DNA of 64,000 bases from Setoptus koraiensis (lineage: Eukaryota > Animalia > Arthropoda). The notes below the pieces were generated by a model, which saw only the letters and a list, made by a program, of their open reading frames with translations, was not told the origin of the DNA and did not search any database. The first letter of the stretch is position 1; each line of letters starts with the position of its first letter. Location of the stretch: assembly GCA_048013815.1 (NCBI GenBank), contig CM106585.1, positions 18,166,001 to 18,230,000 of the forward strand. Reading direction: 5' to 3'. Of this stretch, positions 1 to 14,189 are shown in pieces. Made by a program: the position numbers and the translations under genes.

Positions 1-1039
1 CAAAATCGACAAAACTTACCGCCACTGCGTGCCGTTCGCCAATAGACCAGATCCAGAGATTGTTATGCGCTGAACTGATACTGCCGGGCAGAGAATGAAA
101 TGTAAATATCACAAAATTCGAGTGATTGCATTCCATTCGAGAACGTCGTCGTTAGTTTGTCTCTGACAAACTCTTGTGACAATAAACATATAAACTCATG
201 TGGGCAAAAATAAATAAAAGTAATGCAACTGACTAAACGACAACGATATATCGTTATTGTATGTGTGCCATACATGAGTATGCCATATATAACGAGAACA
301 AACGCAATTAATTGCCAATAATAATCAACACTAGCTCTGATGCTGTCCACTAGCGATTGCGACCGTAACGGCTGTCGCAGTTTTAGCGCAAAAGTTGAGG
401 CCCCAGCTCGCATTGTTGCCCGAAGTGGTCCAATGAGCGCACCTAACGAACGGATGTAGCGTAACAACATGTGATACAATTATGTGTTCAAAATTGGCGC
501 GGTCGAAAGTGGTCGGCATAGAACTTACTGCGGCAGATGATTGGTGGCAAGATTTGCAAAAGTTCGCCAGCGCGCAAATTGTTCTACTCGTCTAGACAGT
601 GTTCGTTTCGGTGCTGCATACAAACTCAAGCTCAAACAGTTCGACGGAAACATCCGAGAGGCTCGAGAAAATTCGATTTGTTGGCTGGCCGGCTGGCCGG
701 TTTGTTGCACGTTTATAGGCTGAATTTAAATGTGCACATTGCACAATAGCAGCGGCAGCAGCAGGGGTAGCGGCAGCGGGGCTGGCACACGCCCCAAAGG
801 GCACGTTGATTTGCGTTGATTTCTGTGCGAGCTACTTACGTTCACTCAAGCAAAGGGGACAGGTTGGGCGCATGCGCACTGGCAGTGTAGCTCACAATGA
901 TTTAAGTAATAATATTTGCTAAAGATTCGATTCATGCCACCCCCATTCCCTGAGCCCTTGTGTCTCATACATCTAGTCAATTTGTCGTGCCATTGTCGTC
1001 GTCGTCGCCGTCGTTTCCTCTGGTGTTGCCGTAATCACA

Positions 1040-1040
1040 A

Positions 1041-1072
<32 letters not shown>

Positions 1073-1097
1073 ACACACGCACGCACACACGCATACA
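1040..1097. repeat. (CA)n/(CACG)n microsatellite upstream of sens
   Basis: Direct reading of the sequence. Confidence 0.9.
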
Positions 1098-1312
1098 CGC
1101 GCTGTCGCAGGCAGTGCCGTTCAGTTGTTTATTATTATCCGTTTATTCATTTATTTTAGCTATTATGGCAACATCAAGTCAATAAATAGATCATTTATAA
1201 TGTATGATAATTGGCAATTATCAACAAATTCCAATTGCACACACACAATTTAACAGTAGTAATTATTGCGAAAACAACAACAACAACAACAACAGCAACG
1301 ATAGTAAACAAG

Positions 1313-1814
1313 ATGCTGAATTCTAGCAACAGATTGCAGGAGTGCGGCCAGCACACAAACAGCAAGCGCTTGTCGTCTAATTTCTCCATAGATTACATTA
1401 TAAACCAGAAGCACAAGCAAGCTGCCACAATCACACCAACAACAACCGCCGCCACCAACAACCACCACCAACAATCCAGATACAACAACGGCAGCAATCA
1501 GTTGGTGGCCAACAATTTATTGCAAACAATTCCAGAGAAAAACAACAACAACAACAACAACAGCAGCAAATTGAGCGCACAAAAGGATGATCCGCTTAAT
1601 TTCACACTGACCCCTCTCATCACTACAACGCCCTCGCCATCAGCAAGCTCGGCCAATTCAGCCTCATCGAGCTCCACAAACCGGCCGCAGCAGCAGCAAC
1701 ATGATCAATCTGGCGCCTATTATCGTCAACAACAGCAACAACAACAACAGCAACAACAGAATTCCTTCTACCAAAACTGGTTGATGAACGCGCTCCAGTT
1801 GGCCAGGCTATTCG

Positions 1815-1851
<37 letters not shown>

Positions 1852-2782
1852 ACAACAGCCCACAAATGCCCTCATGGCAGAGAATTCGGTGGAATATTTG
1901 AAACATTTTCAGCAACATTTGCACATGCAACAACACATGCAACACTTAAGACAGCAGCAGCAACAACTACAGAGTTGTCATAATCAATCGTTAATTATGA
2001 GACAATCATGTCATGCGGACATTAGTAGAGACAGTGCAAAGCCAAGACATACAATTGTTGGTGCTGGCCACCATCATCATCAACACACCATTGGCAACAA
2101 TACCATTGGAACAATTCTGGGCGAAAAGGTGCAAATCCTGAAGAACATTGTTGGCTCCGACCTCACTAATGGCAATAATAACAATGGCGCAACCACTGGT
2201 GGCAATAACAACAACAACCACAACCATAACCACAACAACCATCATATCCATTCGAATAGCAACAACAACGTTAATGCTAAGATTGTCAATATTACAAACG
2301 CCGGCAATAGCAGTAGTATCAGTAATAATAATACAAGTGATAAAACTGCCAACACAACAACAACAACACCAACAACCAATTCAGGCAACAACAGGTCATT
2401 CCTTTGTTGGCAATGTGGCAAGACATTTAAGCGATCATCGACATTATCCACTCATTTGCTTATACATTCGGACACTAGACCTTATCCATGTCCCTATTGT
2501 CACAAGCGCTTTCATCAAAAGTCCGATATGAAAAAGCACACCTATATACATACAGGTGAGAAGCCGCATCAGTGTGCTGTTTGTGGCAAATCATTTAGTC
2601 AATCGTCAAATCTGATAACGCACACTAGAAAACATACTGGCTATAAGCCCTACTCATGTGATAAATGTTCTAGATCGTTCCAGCGCAAAGTGGACCTAAG
2701 ACGGCATCATGAATCAGTGCATCATAGCCAAGACAATAACTCCTCTTCTACTGATAGCAGTACAAAGATCCTGATTGATTGA
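1313..2782 (+). CDS. sens: Senseless/Gfi-1 family C2H2 zinc-finger transcription factor, intronless, ~489 aa from ATG 1313
   Basis: Four C-terminal C2H2 fingers ([29 protein letters not shown]...[18 protein letters not shown]...[19 protein letters not shown]...[10 protein letters not shown]) closely match what I recall of Senseless/Gfi-1. PolyQ/polyN N-terminus. The ORF-track start at 1211 is TTG; the first in-frame ATG is 1313. Confidence 0.93.
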
Positions 2783-5700
2783 TTGATTAAACTGATTCAC
2801 AAGTGAAAATTTAGCATTATCACAATGTATGTAATAATAACAAATTGATATAAGTAGCAGTATTAACATCATAAATGAATGAATATTGGCGCTATATCTC
2901 AACCAATACCGGTATCCAAAGACAGCCTGAAAGTTGGCCCAATTTGTAATTCACAAAAAACTAATCTAGAGCACGCACACATACAGACACACACATACAG
3001 ACACAAACACTATTGCGCCATCAAGAGTAAAATGGTCAATAAGACGATGAAGCTGAAATCAACGATAATAGTTAATTAATTTATAGCTTCCTTATCTTAG
3101 AAAACTACCAACAACATGTGGACAAGCAATTGTTTTTAAAATTGTAACAAATTGGCAACAATAAAGTAAATGTGCTCAAAGCGTAATGTCCACGAATGAA
3201 ATGAAATACATTTATTAATTGGCTAAAACCATTTATTTACTATTAACCAAGTCAACCACAACGCCATGTTACATGCAAGATGGCGTGCCTTGAATTTTTC
3301 TAGTAGGCATATCACCTTATAGGTCAATGATGAGAAATGTATGCATATAATTTAAGATCTATTTCAATCAATATTACGCAATCTAGCAGCACACGTGACA
3401 CAGTTTGGTCGTCCAATAGGTTACATGTCTAATGCGTTATTGATGCATACCTATATAGGTCAGAATTTCAACCTTGTTATTGGTTGCGGTCTCGAAAATA
3501 AATAGCGAGATGTCTGGATTTTAACAGCAGCATATAAGTACAATAACAATAACAACAAAAACAACAACAACAGCAACAACAACGAGAATAGCGTCGCCTC
3601 AACGAGGTATACGATTTGGTGTTGATTGTTTAAATTCAACGTGACATTTGCGGTTGCTGTTGAGTCACATTATTTGCTTACTTGCTATGTCGTTGTTGTT
3701 CTGATCTAAATCTATTCACGTTGACATTTGCAAGTTTACATTGATCATCTTTGTAATTCGTCGTTGTGGTCGTTTGGACCATGATATTACGCTATATTAC
3801 GTGTAAGCGTCTCTATTTGTAACGCAGCATAACTAATCGACTGGCAACTGGCAGTTGCAGGTAGTTTAGTAATTTGGCTCCATGTTCTTGTGTTGGTATA
3901 CAACAACTACCGCTCTATTTATTTTGTTCCATTCTGGTGTGTCTTCCATTGTTGCAAAAGCGTGTGTGTTTGTTTATTCTAATAGAAGTAGTAGATTTAG
4001 CATTTGCAACAAACAACAAGCAGAATAAGCAAGAAAAACAAGAGACAACACGAACATAGACACAAAGTGGGGGACACAATGTTAAGTAAACCACATACAT
4101 AAATGACAATAACAATGATTAAATCAAATTGTTTGCCGTCTCATGTAATTGTCTGTAGTGTTGTTTTACTCGACAACCAGACATGAATCAATATTAGCTA
4201 AACTCACGATAGCAAGTGACTAAACAACGACTGACAACACACACACACACACACACACACTGTATGTGACATACTCAGGTGATCCGCTGCAAGCTCGCCA
4301 TTGTAGTATCAACTTGATTCGGGCACGACAAAATGGCCTGTCGAAATAATACAGACAAACACGGCTTCGCGACTGCTGGCTGCTTGGGCTGGCACACATG
4401 GCAATCGTCAATCAACTAATAGACGACGATTTGCCCATAAATCAATATGGTCGCGATAATATCAGCGACAACGCCAATGACGGCGACAGCATTCTTGGCT
4501 TGTTAGTACGCATATAGCCCACATTTGAGACTAGCCTATATGCGGAACACCAGTATCAACAATACCTATCACTACCACTATATGGCTACCAAACAACTAT
4601 AGGCAACACCTACAACAGCAACAACAACAACAGCGGCAGCAGCGATCTAGCCATCTCTGTGGATCCGCGTTGGAGTCCAGATGGGCCCTTTTTGCGCTTC
4701 GCGTCTCCACTGACTGGGTTGGAGTGCCAAATAGCATGGAGGCTGGCACGTGCTGCGGCCACCGGGATACGTTCGGTGTTGAGCGTTCAGTGTGACCAGA
4801 GTACATGAATCATTGATGAGCAGCAAGCGAGCAAGCGTGGGTGTCATGATTATATAATCATAATCTCTATCGCTCTTTTTCTCTTGTCAACGAACCCACT
4901 AACACGCTTCGTGGTATGAGAGATGTGTGCTAGTATTATTATCATTATTATTATTGATGACTGGTAACGCGCGCGAGTTGTTGCCTGTTACTGACGGAAA
5001 GCATATCACACCGCGCTTGATTGATCAGACAGACGCACACACTAATCACACTGGCAATTTTGTCACCTCATCATCTATCCGGTCCCTTGAATATAAATAT
5101 AATAACTACTTAGGGGCTGTTGGTCGTGCCAGTCGACAGAGTATTTGTTGTTGCAACAATAATCGAGTGTGACCCAGTTAAGTGGGGATTTAGATTTAGA
5201 CAAACCGACCGCCAGAGATAATCTCTCTCCCTCTCTCTCTCGCTCTCGTTTTGGTCAGTTTGAGTGTTTTCTAACACCTACACAAAGCTGTAAGCTCTCG
5301 CTGGCAAATGACCAACGGTCAGCCTGCTAATTACTGCACAGTACATGGTCGCCACACCACCAAACGTCCGGCTGAATGGTGGGTTCTTTTTGCGCCATCA
5401 ATAAAATCTGCTCTGTCATTTGTAAATCTCTGGTGATAGATACAATGGCGCGACCTGATCCATTGGACACGAGCTGCTGCTGCTGCTGCAAAATGCTGTC
5501 TGCAGTCCACTTTTGCGCCGTTTGACTGATGGTCGCAGAGTGAATGTGTAACAATTGAGTTGTTCGCTACTTAGTGATTCATGGCACACACCGCTAGCAC
5601 GGACAAGTCTGTAGTTTGCTGTAATTTGTAGTCAGTAAGGTGAGTGTTGCCATTGTTGGCCGTTTTGGAGCCTCTTGTGCAAGTTTGGCTGCACCAGTGC

Positions 5701-8322
5701 GCCCAAATTTGCACCTAGGGCTAGTGCCGGCCGACAGGCCAAAGCTCAGAATGCGGAACCCAAAACTCAAGGCTCAAGGCGAAACATGGACCAAGATAAT
5801 AAAAGATGTAAATTGATTTGGGTGGCGCGCGCGTATTTACTCTCAGTTTGGCAGTCCTATGAGTATGGACAGAGCGACAGACTATTCTATCGAGCCTGTA
5901 AGTTACGATGTTGTGTGTGTTATGACATTAGGCCCTTTGTGTTATGACACATACAGTCAACAACATTTGAATAGGTAATAAACTATCCAACTCACATTTG
6001 TGCCCTGCTCTTTTGCTCTTATATAACCTAATAGAATTAACAGTTTAGCAGCTCTGCTGGCAAACTCTTGGCACACTGTTGTTGGCCACTGACCACTTTG
6101 AAAGACCACCAGCTCTCTTTTGGGGCTAGTCGGGGTCGGTCGGTGCCAGCCAAAGTGGCGTCGGCGGGTTTTGGCATCGGCCAACGTGATGACCAGACAA
6201 AGCAACAAAGAAACGTTACGAACCATGTGCTGTAACAGTCGCATAGGTGAGCATCTACATTCAGTTTGAGATTTTTCAATCGATGCTGTGCAAATTAGAT
6301 CAAACAACATCTTTACGACCTAAGTGTCTGATTGGCCTTTGTGTGTCTGATCATTAACACTACTCAACTGGAGACACCGAGGTTACTCAGACTCGCAACT
6401 CCCTCAATAAAACACACGTTGCGTAACATACGAATTGATCATGATAAGATTTGGCCCAATGAACGACGTCTCTATAGCAGCAAACTAACGGCAATCGTGT
6501 GTAGTGGGGCCAAATTGGTAATGCCACATTAATCAGTGTGACTGTATATAGTTGCGGTGACGGTGCATCAACACCACTACACTATCACACTATCGTGTTA
6601 GGCTAACAAATAATCAACAACAACACGCTAAATTAGTCACACTTAAAGCTGGCCTGATTGCTCACTATTGCTCTCACATTGAATTGCTCTTTCGAAGAAT
6701 AGATGTGGCATTCGAAAGTGCAAACGTCCGTCCGCGTTGTTTGTGACCCACAAGAGAGTGTCCACTCGCTGTCGCGTTATTCGTATGTATCTATACAGTA
6801 TGTACCGGTATAACATGTACACAATCATATGGGATAATTTACAGTTATAGAAACAATTTTTGTCACATACACCACCTCTGCAAACAACAACTAATAATGT
6901 ACTGATGTTCGCGTACACTGGTCGCTGATGCAAACATCAGCGACCAGTATACAATCATCGTAATTGTGCGCCGTCCGATAAGTGTCCAACGGTGATTAAG
7001 GGGCTCCATTTGACATCTCCCCCCCCCCCACAACTCTAGATCGGCCGTTGCAGCACCCATGATAATGGTCAGAATAACGGTACCGTGATCAACACTGCCG
7101 CTCCGACGACGATGACAACTGCCATGATGATAAACACTTAGCTGGGATGTATGCTGCCACCATCTCGCAACCAACTATTACCGTGCAGTTGTGAGCTAAT
7201 GAATGGACACCCACGAGTGTCATTGCAGTTCAATGGTCAACCTGATTGTTACTCTAGTTTTCGATCGACATTGACATAATACCACTGAGAGAGAAAGAAA
7301 GAACACACACTCACAAATTAGTGTTGCCAGAGTCTGCTCTCTCTCTCTCTCTATGGTGGCAGCATTCAGCTAAGGTCCCCCCGAATTGAAAACTTGCGCT
7401 TGTGTAATAATGTCAGTGGTTGTTGTTGTTGCGCTCTTGTTATTGTTAATTCTCCCTCTCTCTCTCTCTCTCCCTCACTCTTGTTCTTGTTGCAATGCTG
7501 TTCAATTCACACTTGAGAGGGCAGATTGGGGCCAGCAGTTATGTGTCTAACGATGCACATGCAACCATTCAATACTAAAGCATTCATTTGGGATTACAAG
7601 TTTACATAATGATGCCATGATGCCTCCACTATATATTATGGCCTCTTTTGCACACCTATACCTATGCTTGCAGTATGGCCAATTCGGCTAGAGCGACGCG
7701 ACAAAAAGCTCTGATATTCATCATCGAAAAAGGCCGCGCTGATAGAAATCGTTGCTTATGCTATAACGGAGACAGAGTGTGACAAGCAGCCAAAGTACTC
7801 ATATTGGCCATTATGCTGCCAGAGTAACATATTGTACACAAGAGACAAATTGGTGCATATCAGCAACAAACTACCATTACCCATGGACAAAAACTCGGCT
7901 TAGATCAATATACTGTAGATGAATGCTCATAAATTTGAAATTCAACTTGCGAGTACAGAGCACGATAGCATTTTTTCTCCCTCATTCTCTTTCTATGGTT
8001 GTACACTTGCTATTCCTATCATCTGCCACAAAGCACGACAAGTGGTGAGGCGAATCGGCATATAGTGTTTAGCTCGTTTAGGTCAAATGTCTAGTAAGAG
8101 AATTGATTTGTGACATGTGACTAACAAAACTGGCGATTCAGCCGGCTTATATTGTGCGTTACATCGCCATATACAGTGGTGATATTGGCTGCAACTGATC
8201 TCCCAGTTACAACCGATGCCTTGCCAAAAACAAAGTAGCGGCTGGTAAAATGTACCTGGTAGCAATAGTTGAACAATACGCAGACTCTAAATGTGTGTCA
8301 ACGTGAGCTATTTTTTTTTTAT

Positions 8323-8891
8323 TTAAGCTGTCAATATACAGGCACCGCCAGCTTCTTTGATTTTCTTTTCTGCCCTGGCACTGAACAGTCTGGCCTTAAC
8401 GATAAGTGGTTGCTTGGGCAACGATCCTTTACCCAAGACTTTGAAGTATCCGTGTTTAACTAAATCTAACACAGGTGCCTTCTCCTCTTTCGTGTCGGTC
8501 ACTGTGACTTTCTTCTTTTTAACAAGGGACCACAATTTCTCGACATTAATTGTTGGACAAAATTCTTGCAGCTTGTTCTTTCTTACGTGGTAATTCCTCA
8601 TACCGACTTTACCGAAGTAACCTGGATGGTATTTATCAAAGTTGATACGGTGATGATGCTGACCACCGGCGTTACCACGACCACCAGGGTGCTTGCGGTG
8701 TTTGCCAACTCTACCGTGACCATGGCTTACATGTCCGCGTAGTTTTCTTGTCTTACTAAATCTGGTAGGCTACAAGTGAGATATGGAACAGTAGGTAGTA
8801 GATAGAGTAGAAATAAAATTAGAATCGAGTGGTCAAATGCCAATATAGAAATAGTCCCTATTTTATTTCATCCAGCATTGCTACATACCAT
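8323..8891 (-). CDS. RpL27A: 60S ribosomal protein L27a (uL15), 149 aa; exons 8891-8889 (ATG only) and 8769-8323
   Basis: The frame upstream of the tracked ORF reads [61 protein letters not shown]. Intron 8888-8770 (119 nt) runs ATG|GTATGT...TTGTAG|CCT. Joined length is 450 nt. Confidence 0.96.
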
Positions 8892-9555
8892 GATATGATC
8901 TTAATTTTATATTCTAAGAGACACTATCCAATCCGATAGGAGTGAGCTGCAGTGTGTTTTAAATTAGAAGGAGTTGTAAATTATTAGGTAATCCTAATCT
9001 GATCAATAATAATGTCAATTTATTAATATATCCTGGCTCCAATATCCACGGTCGGTCGGATGAAAACTGCCAGCATGCCGGTGATGGTTGAACGAATGCT
9101 GATTTACACAGAGCGTGCTCTACACAGATCAACGTGAACAAAATAAAATCATGTTGCTCACTGCGATAAACCGAACAGTGCAAGGCGGAAATCATGAGCG
9201 AGGGGAAACAACACATGTGCACGATCGGTTACCAGCCCCTTTGGTTAGGAAGAGCGCCAAAATTCAAACGCTCTAAAGGTAACAGAATGTCAATAACGAA
9301 AGTAAAGCATGTTGAGCATGTGAGCCATAAATGCACGTTATTTATCTGTTGTAACCAGAAGAATCAAAACGCTACTCGTGGATCTTGTGATTTACTTACA
9401 TTGTATATTATAATCATTTTCAATGAACCAAATATAAAACATCGGCGCTTTATCAGTATTATACATCTATCAGGAATATAATAGACATTAACGATAAACA
9501 ACAGCCAATTGTGTTTAGAAAGCAGTAAATAATTTTTGCATATCGATCATTTTAA

Positions 9556-11022
<1,467 letters not shown>

Positions 11023-12106
11023 TGAATTCCGAAGTTCACCTTAACAGTCCATGTATATATGAAAACGAAAAATCAGTAAAATCATTGGCTTCTCGTCGAC
11101 AAGTCGAATCGCTCGAGGTGCAACCTGCCCACGTCCTTCTCAATTTTGATACATCAGACATCTGTAACGTATTGTAATGTTAATTCAGTTGGGCAAGTAG
11201 TTCTAATCTGTTTGAGTGTGTCGAATGTGTACAACCTAACCAAAAATTTCAACACAGATATCTACTAAAAATCGCCGCTCGTCTTATTTCATCTCCAATA
11301 ACAACTTGCTAGGTGCAAGTAAAGAAAGAAGTGTTTCTCTTGTTGCTTATTAGCCCGCTTGTTTGTTGGTATAATAATTCAACTTTTTAGTGTGCGTTAG
11401 AGTTTCGGGTGTTGCTGATGTAATAAAAAAAAACGTACGTTAAGAAATTTCGGGCGTCAAATGATTATATATATATAATGTACAACTAATCTATACATAA
11501 CAATGACTATGTGTCATCTGTATTTTTGCCAGAACAGACTAGGAAGTTGTAACCGTAGAGTTATACAAACTCACAATCTATATAATTCAACGACAGAAGA
11601 ATAATATCAGTGGTGATAATAAATTCTGATGATTGGATCTATGTTAGATTGTTATAAAGTAATCTGACACAGTTTATATATCAACTCAACCTACTATTGA
11701 CTCATCTACACTATCAACAAGTTTCGTGCGCATCGAATGTTGTATTTTAATATATAATACCGCATAATTATAGTATTTATCATCGTGTAATTAGATAATC
11801 GTACAATCGCGAATCGATCAATAGTGATCATTCATGACAGTCAACATGTGGGACGATAAGCAAATGATTTGTTGTCAACTCATTATCAATGAGTATAACC
11901 CAGATAGAATGATGTGAAGTTACTCCAGTTTTGATGACGACCTAGAATCATCTATCTAACGAGTTGAAACGTCGCTTCGACTGTAAATATACTCACTTAG
12001 AAAACGGACAAGTTCTTGGGTAGACTATTCAACAAGTGTGATGCTGATACAACTAGAATAAATAAAAAAAATAACAGTCCTAGCATATCATCTGGGTATA
12101 TACAAA

Positions 12107-13286
12107 ATGATGGATCCAGAGAAAAAAAGAGTTCTCCTGATGATAAATCCGATTGGCGGTCAGGGAAAGGCAATGCGAATTTACAAGAAAAAGGTTCTGC
12201 CTATGTTAGTTGATAGTAATATTGGACATGTATTATTTATAACCAAACGCGCCAACGATGCTAGAGATCTACTCAAAAATACTGATACCAATTTAAAATT
12301 ATGGCGATCCATAGTAGTTTTGTCAGGCGACGGTCTATTCCATGAAATTATAAATGGATTGATGTCTAGAAGCGACTGGAAAGAAGCCATGATGACTCCA
12401 CTAGGTATCATACCCGCAGGCTCAGGTCAGTTCGAATGACTCAGTAATTCTATAATACATAATTATTACATCATTCCCACCATAAAGCTTACTAAACATA
12501 TATATTGTGATGTGTATATTTTAAGGCAATGGTCTAGCCCACTCCTTAATTAATCACGACTATCCAGATATTTCCAATAAGGATTACATCACTCTATCCA
12601 CAGCTAACATAATTCAAGGTCGTACAAGTGATGCTGACCTAGTTCGAGTTTGCTCCAACTCCGATGTCTACTGGTCATTTCTTTCATTCGGTTGGGGTCT
12701 ACTGGCCGACATTGACATTGAATCAGAGATGTTCAGAATGTTGGGAGAACTCCGGTTTACTCTATGGTCCATTCTCAGGGCAATCTGTTTAAAAACCTAT
12801 CGGGGCAAACTCTCCTATCAATTGCTTGAGGACGACCAAACAAATGTCGATAACAATATCAATACCATTTCCAATGACAATAGCCATGAATCTAATATTC
12901 CAACAAACAATCCAAAACCAAGCTCTCTAGTCGAGTTGGAAGACGACTTCGTATGTGTATACGCTGCATACCAGACTCACCTTTCTTCCGATGTCAAGAT
13001 GGTGCCTAACGCGAGATTGTCCGATGGTAACATAGCTCTATTATATCTCAGAGGTAACCTCTCTAGTTTACAAATAATTAATTTTTTGACTTCTATTAAG
13101 ACTGGGTCTCATGTCAATTTACCATATGTGACCGCAGTGAAAGTAAAATCCTTCACATTGGAGCCCCTAGTCAAGAGTCGTATAACGGTTGATGGTGAAT
13201 TGATACCTTGGGATGGTGGTCCAATATTTGTTGAAGTTAAGCCTAAATTAGCCAAATTTATATGCAAGCGAAATAATGATATGTAA
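12107..13286 (+). CDS. SPHK: Sphingosine kinase, 359 aa; exons 12107-12425 and 12526-13286
   Basis: Motifs NPIGG, SGDG, GSG|NG, DIDIESE and TVDGE. A 100-nt GTCAGT...TTAAG intron (12426-12525) joins the two tracked ORFs in frame (1,080 nt). Confidence 0.92.
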
Positions 13287-13391
13287 AGAAATAATCACAC
13301 CAAAAACGAGTAGATGGATTATCTATGATTGAATTTCTCATATTTGTTGTATTAAAATGTATTTTCGGGCAAAACTATAGAATTGGATTAT

Positions 13392-14189
13392 TTAATTCAG
13401 AAAGTTGTTGTACATAGTTTGACCATAAGATTCAATGTATTTCAGTCGTTTCTGTTTACCATTTAGAATAGCCTGCTTGAATAGTTTACAATATAATTCT
13501 ATAGACTCTGGTGTATCATCATTACCAGGCACGGGGTAACTAATCAAGGTTGGATTACAATTTGTATCAACGATTCCAATGCTAGGTATTAGCATTTTGG
13601 CAGCATTTTTCACACCTGTATGTCTGACGAGTTTATTGTCGAGTGTGCTGAAAAATATGAAAAGATCTGGCAATCTAGTGACTGCACTGAATACTCTTTC
13701 TGAGTTTGTGAATGCTCCTTGACGCCAAGTTCTACATTGAGCATATTCGCCGCATTCTAGTGCGGTCTTTTCAACTATTCTGCCGGTCTGACGTGACTTG
13801 TTAACAAATAATATGATTCCCGCTCTGAAAGCTATATGCGCTGTAACGTTTAGAGCTTGTCTCATCAAAGTGACAGTCTTATCTAAATCTAAAATGTGTA
13901 CACCGAGTCGCTTGCCGAAAATATATGGTCGCATGTGGTCATTCAAAGTGCCTTCGGTATGGCCTAGATGTACACGAGCTCTGAAGAGATCCTCCAATTT
14001 GACTAATTTATTGGTCTCGAAATAGTCATCGCTGGCAAATGGGTCAGGACCGCACAAAGTATCGGCAGCAACTTGGGCATTCTGAGGCTCAGCCTGGCTT
14101 AGATTGAGATTGGTCCTGGATTGGCTAATCAACGGAGTTACTAATTGTTTCCTTGGCAGCTTAGCTATCTTAGTCAGCAAAAGTGACAT
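13392..14189 (-). CDS. MRPS2: Mitochondrial ribosomal protein S2 (uS2m), intronless, 265 aa
   Basis: Basic presequence-like N-terminus followed by the uS2 core: LFRARVHLGH, YIFGKRLGVHILDLDKT, LPDL, IPSIGIVDTNCNP, YPVPGNDD. Confidence 0.94.
   Translation of the reverse strand: MSLLLTKIAKLPRKQLVTPLISQSRTNLNLSQAEPQNAQVAADTLCGPDPFASDDYFETNKLVKLEDLFRARVHLGHTEGTLNDHMRPYIFGKRLGVHILDLDKTVTLMRQALNVTAHIAFRAGIILFVNKSRQTGRIVEKTALECGEYAQCRTWRQGAFTNSERVFSAVTRLPDLFIFFSTLDNKLVRHTGVKNAAKMLIPSIGIVDTNCNPTLISYPVPGNDDTPESIELYCKLFKQAILNGKQKRLKYIESYGQTMYNNFLN

Noticed and set aside
63-479. 138-aa minus-strand ORF with a hydrophobic stretch
   Set aside because: No recognisable domain, and it lies mostly inside a putative intron defined by stronger splice signals.
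9105-9125. GTGTAGAGCAC match to U3 snoRNA on the minus strand, and SRP/RNase MRP-like words nearby
   Set aside because: The other obligatory boxes (U3 A/A'/C/D, MRP GAAAGUCCCC, SRP helix 8 geometry) are absent.
11232-11241. CAACCTAACC resembling a TTAGG telomerase template (also CCTAACC near 9243-9249 on the minus strand)
   Set aside because: A 9-mer is expected about once by chance in 128 kb of both strands, and I saw no supporting telomerase RNA structure.
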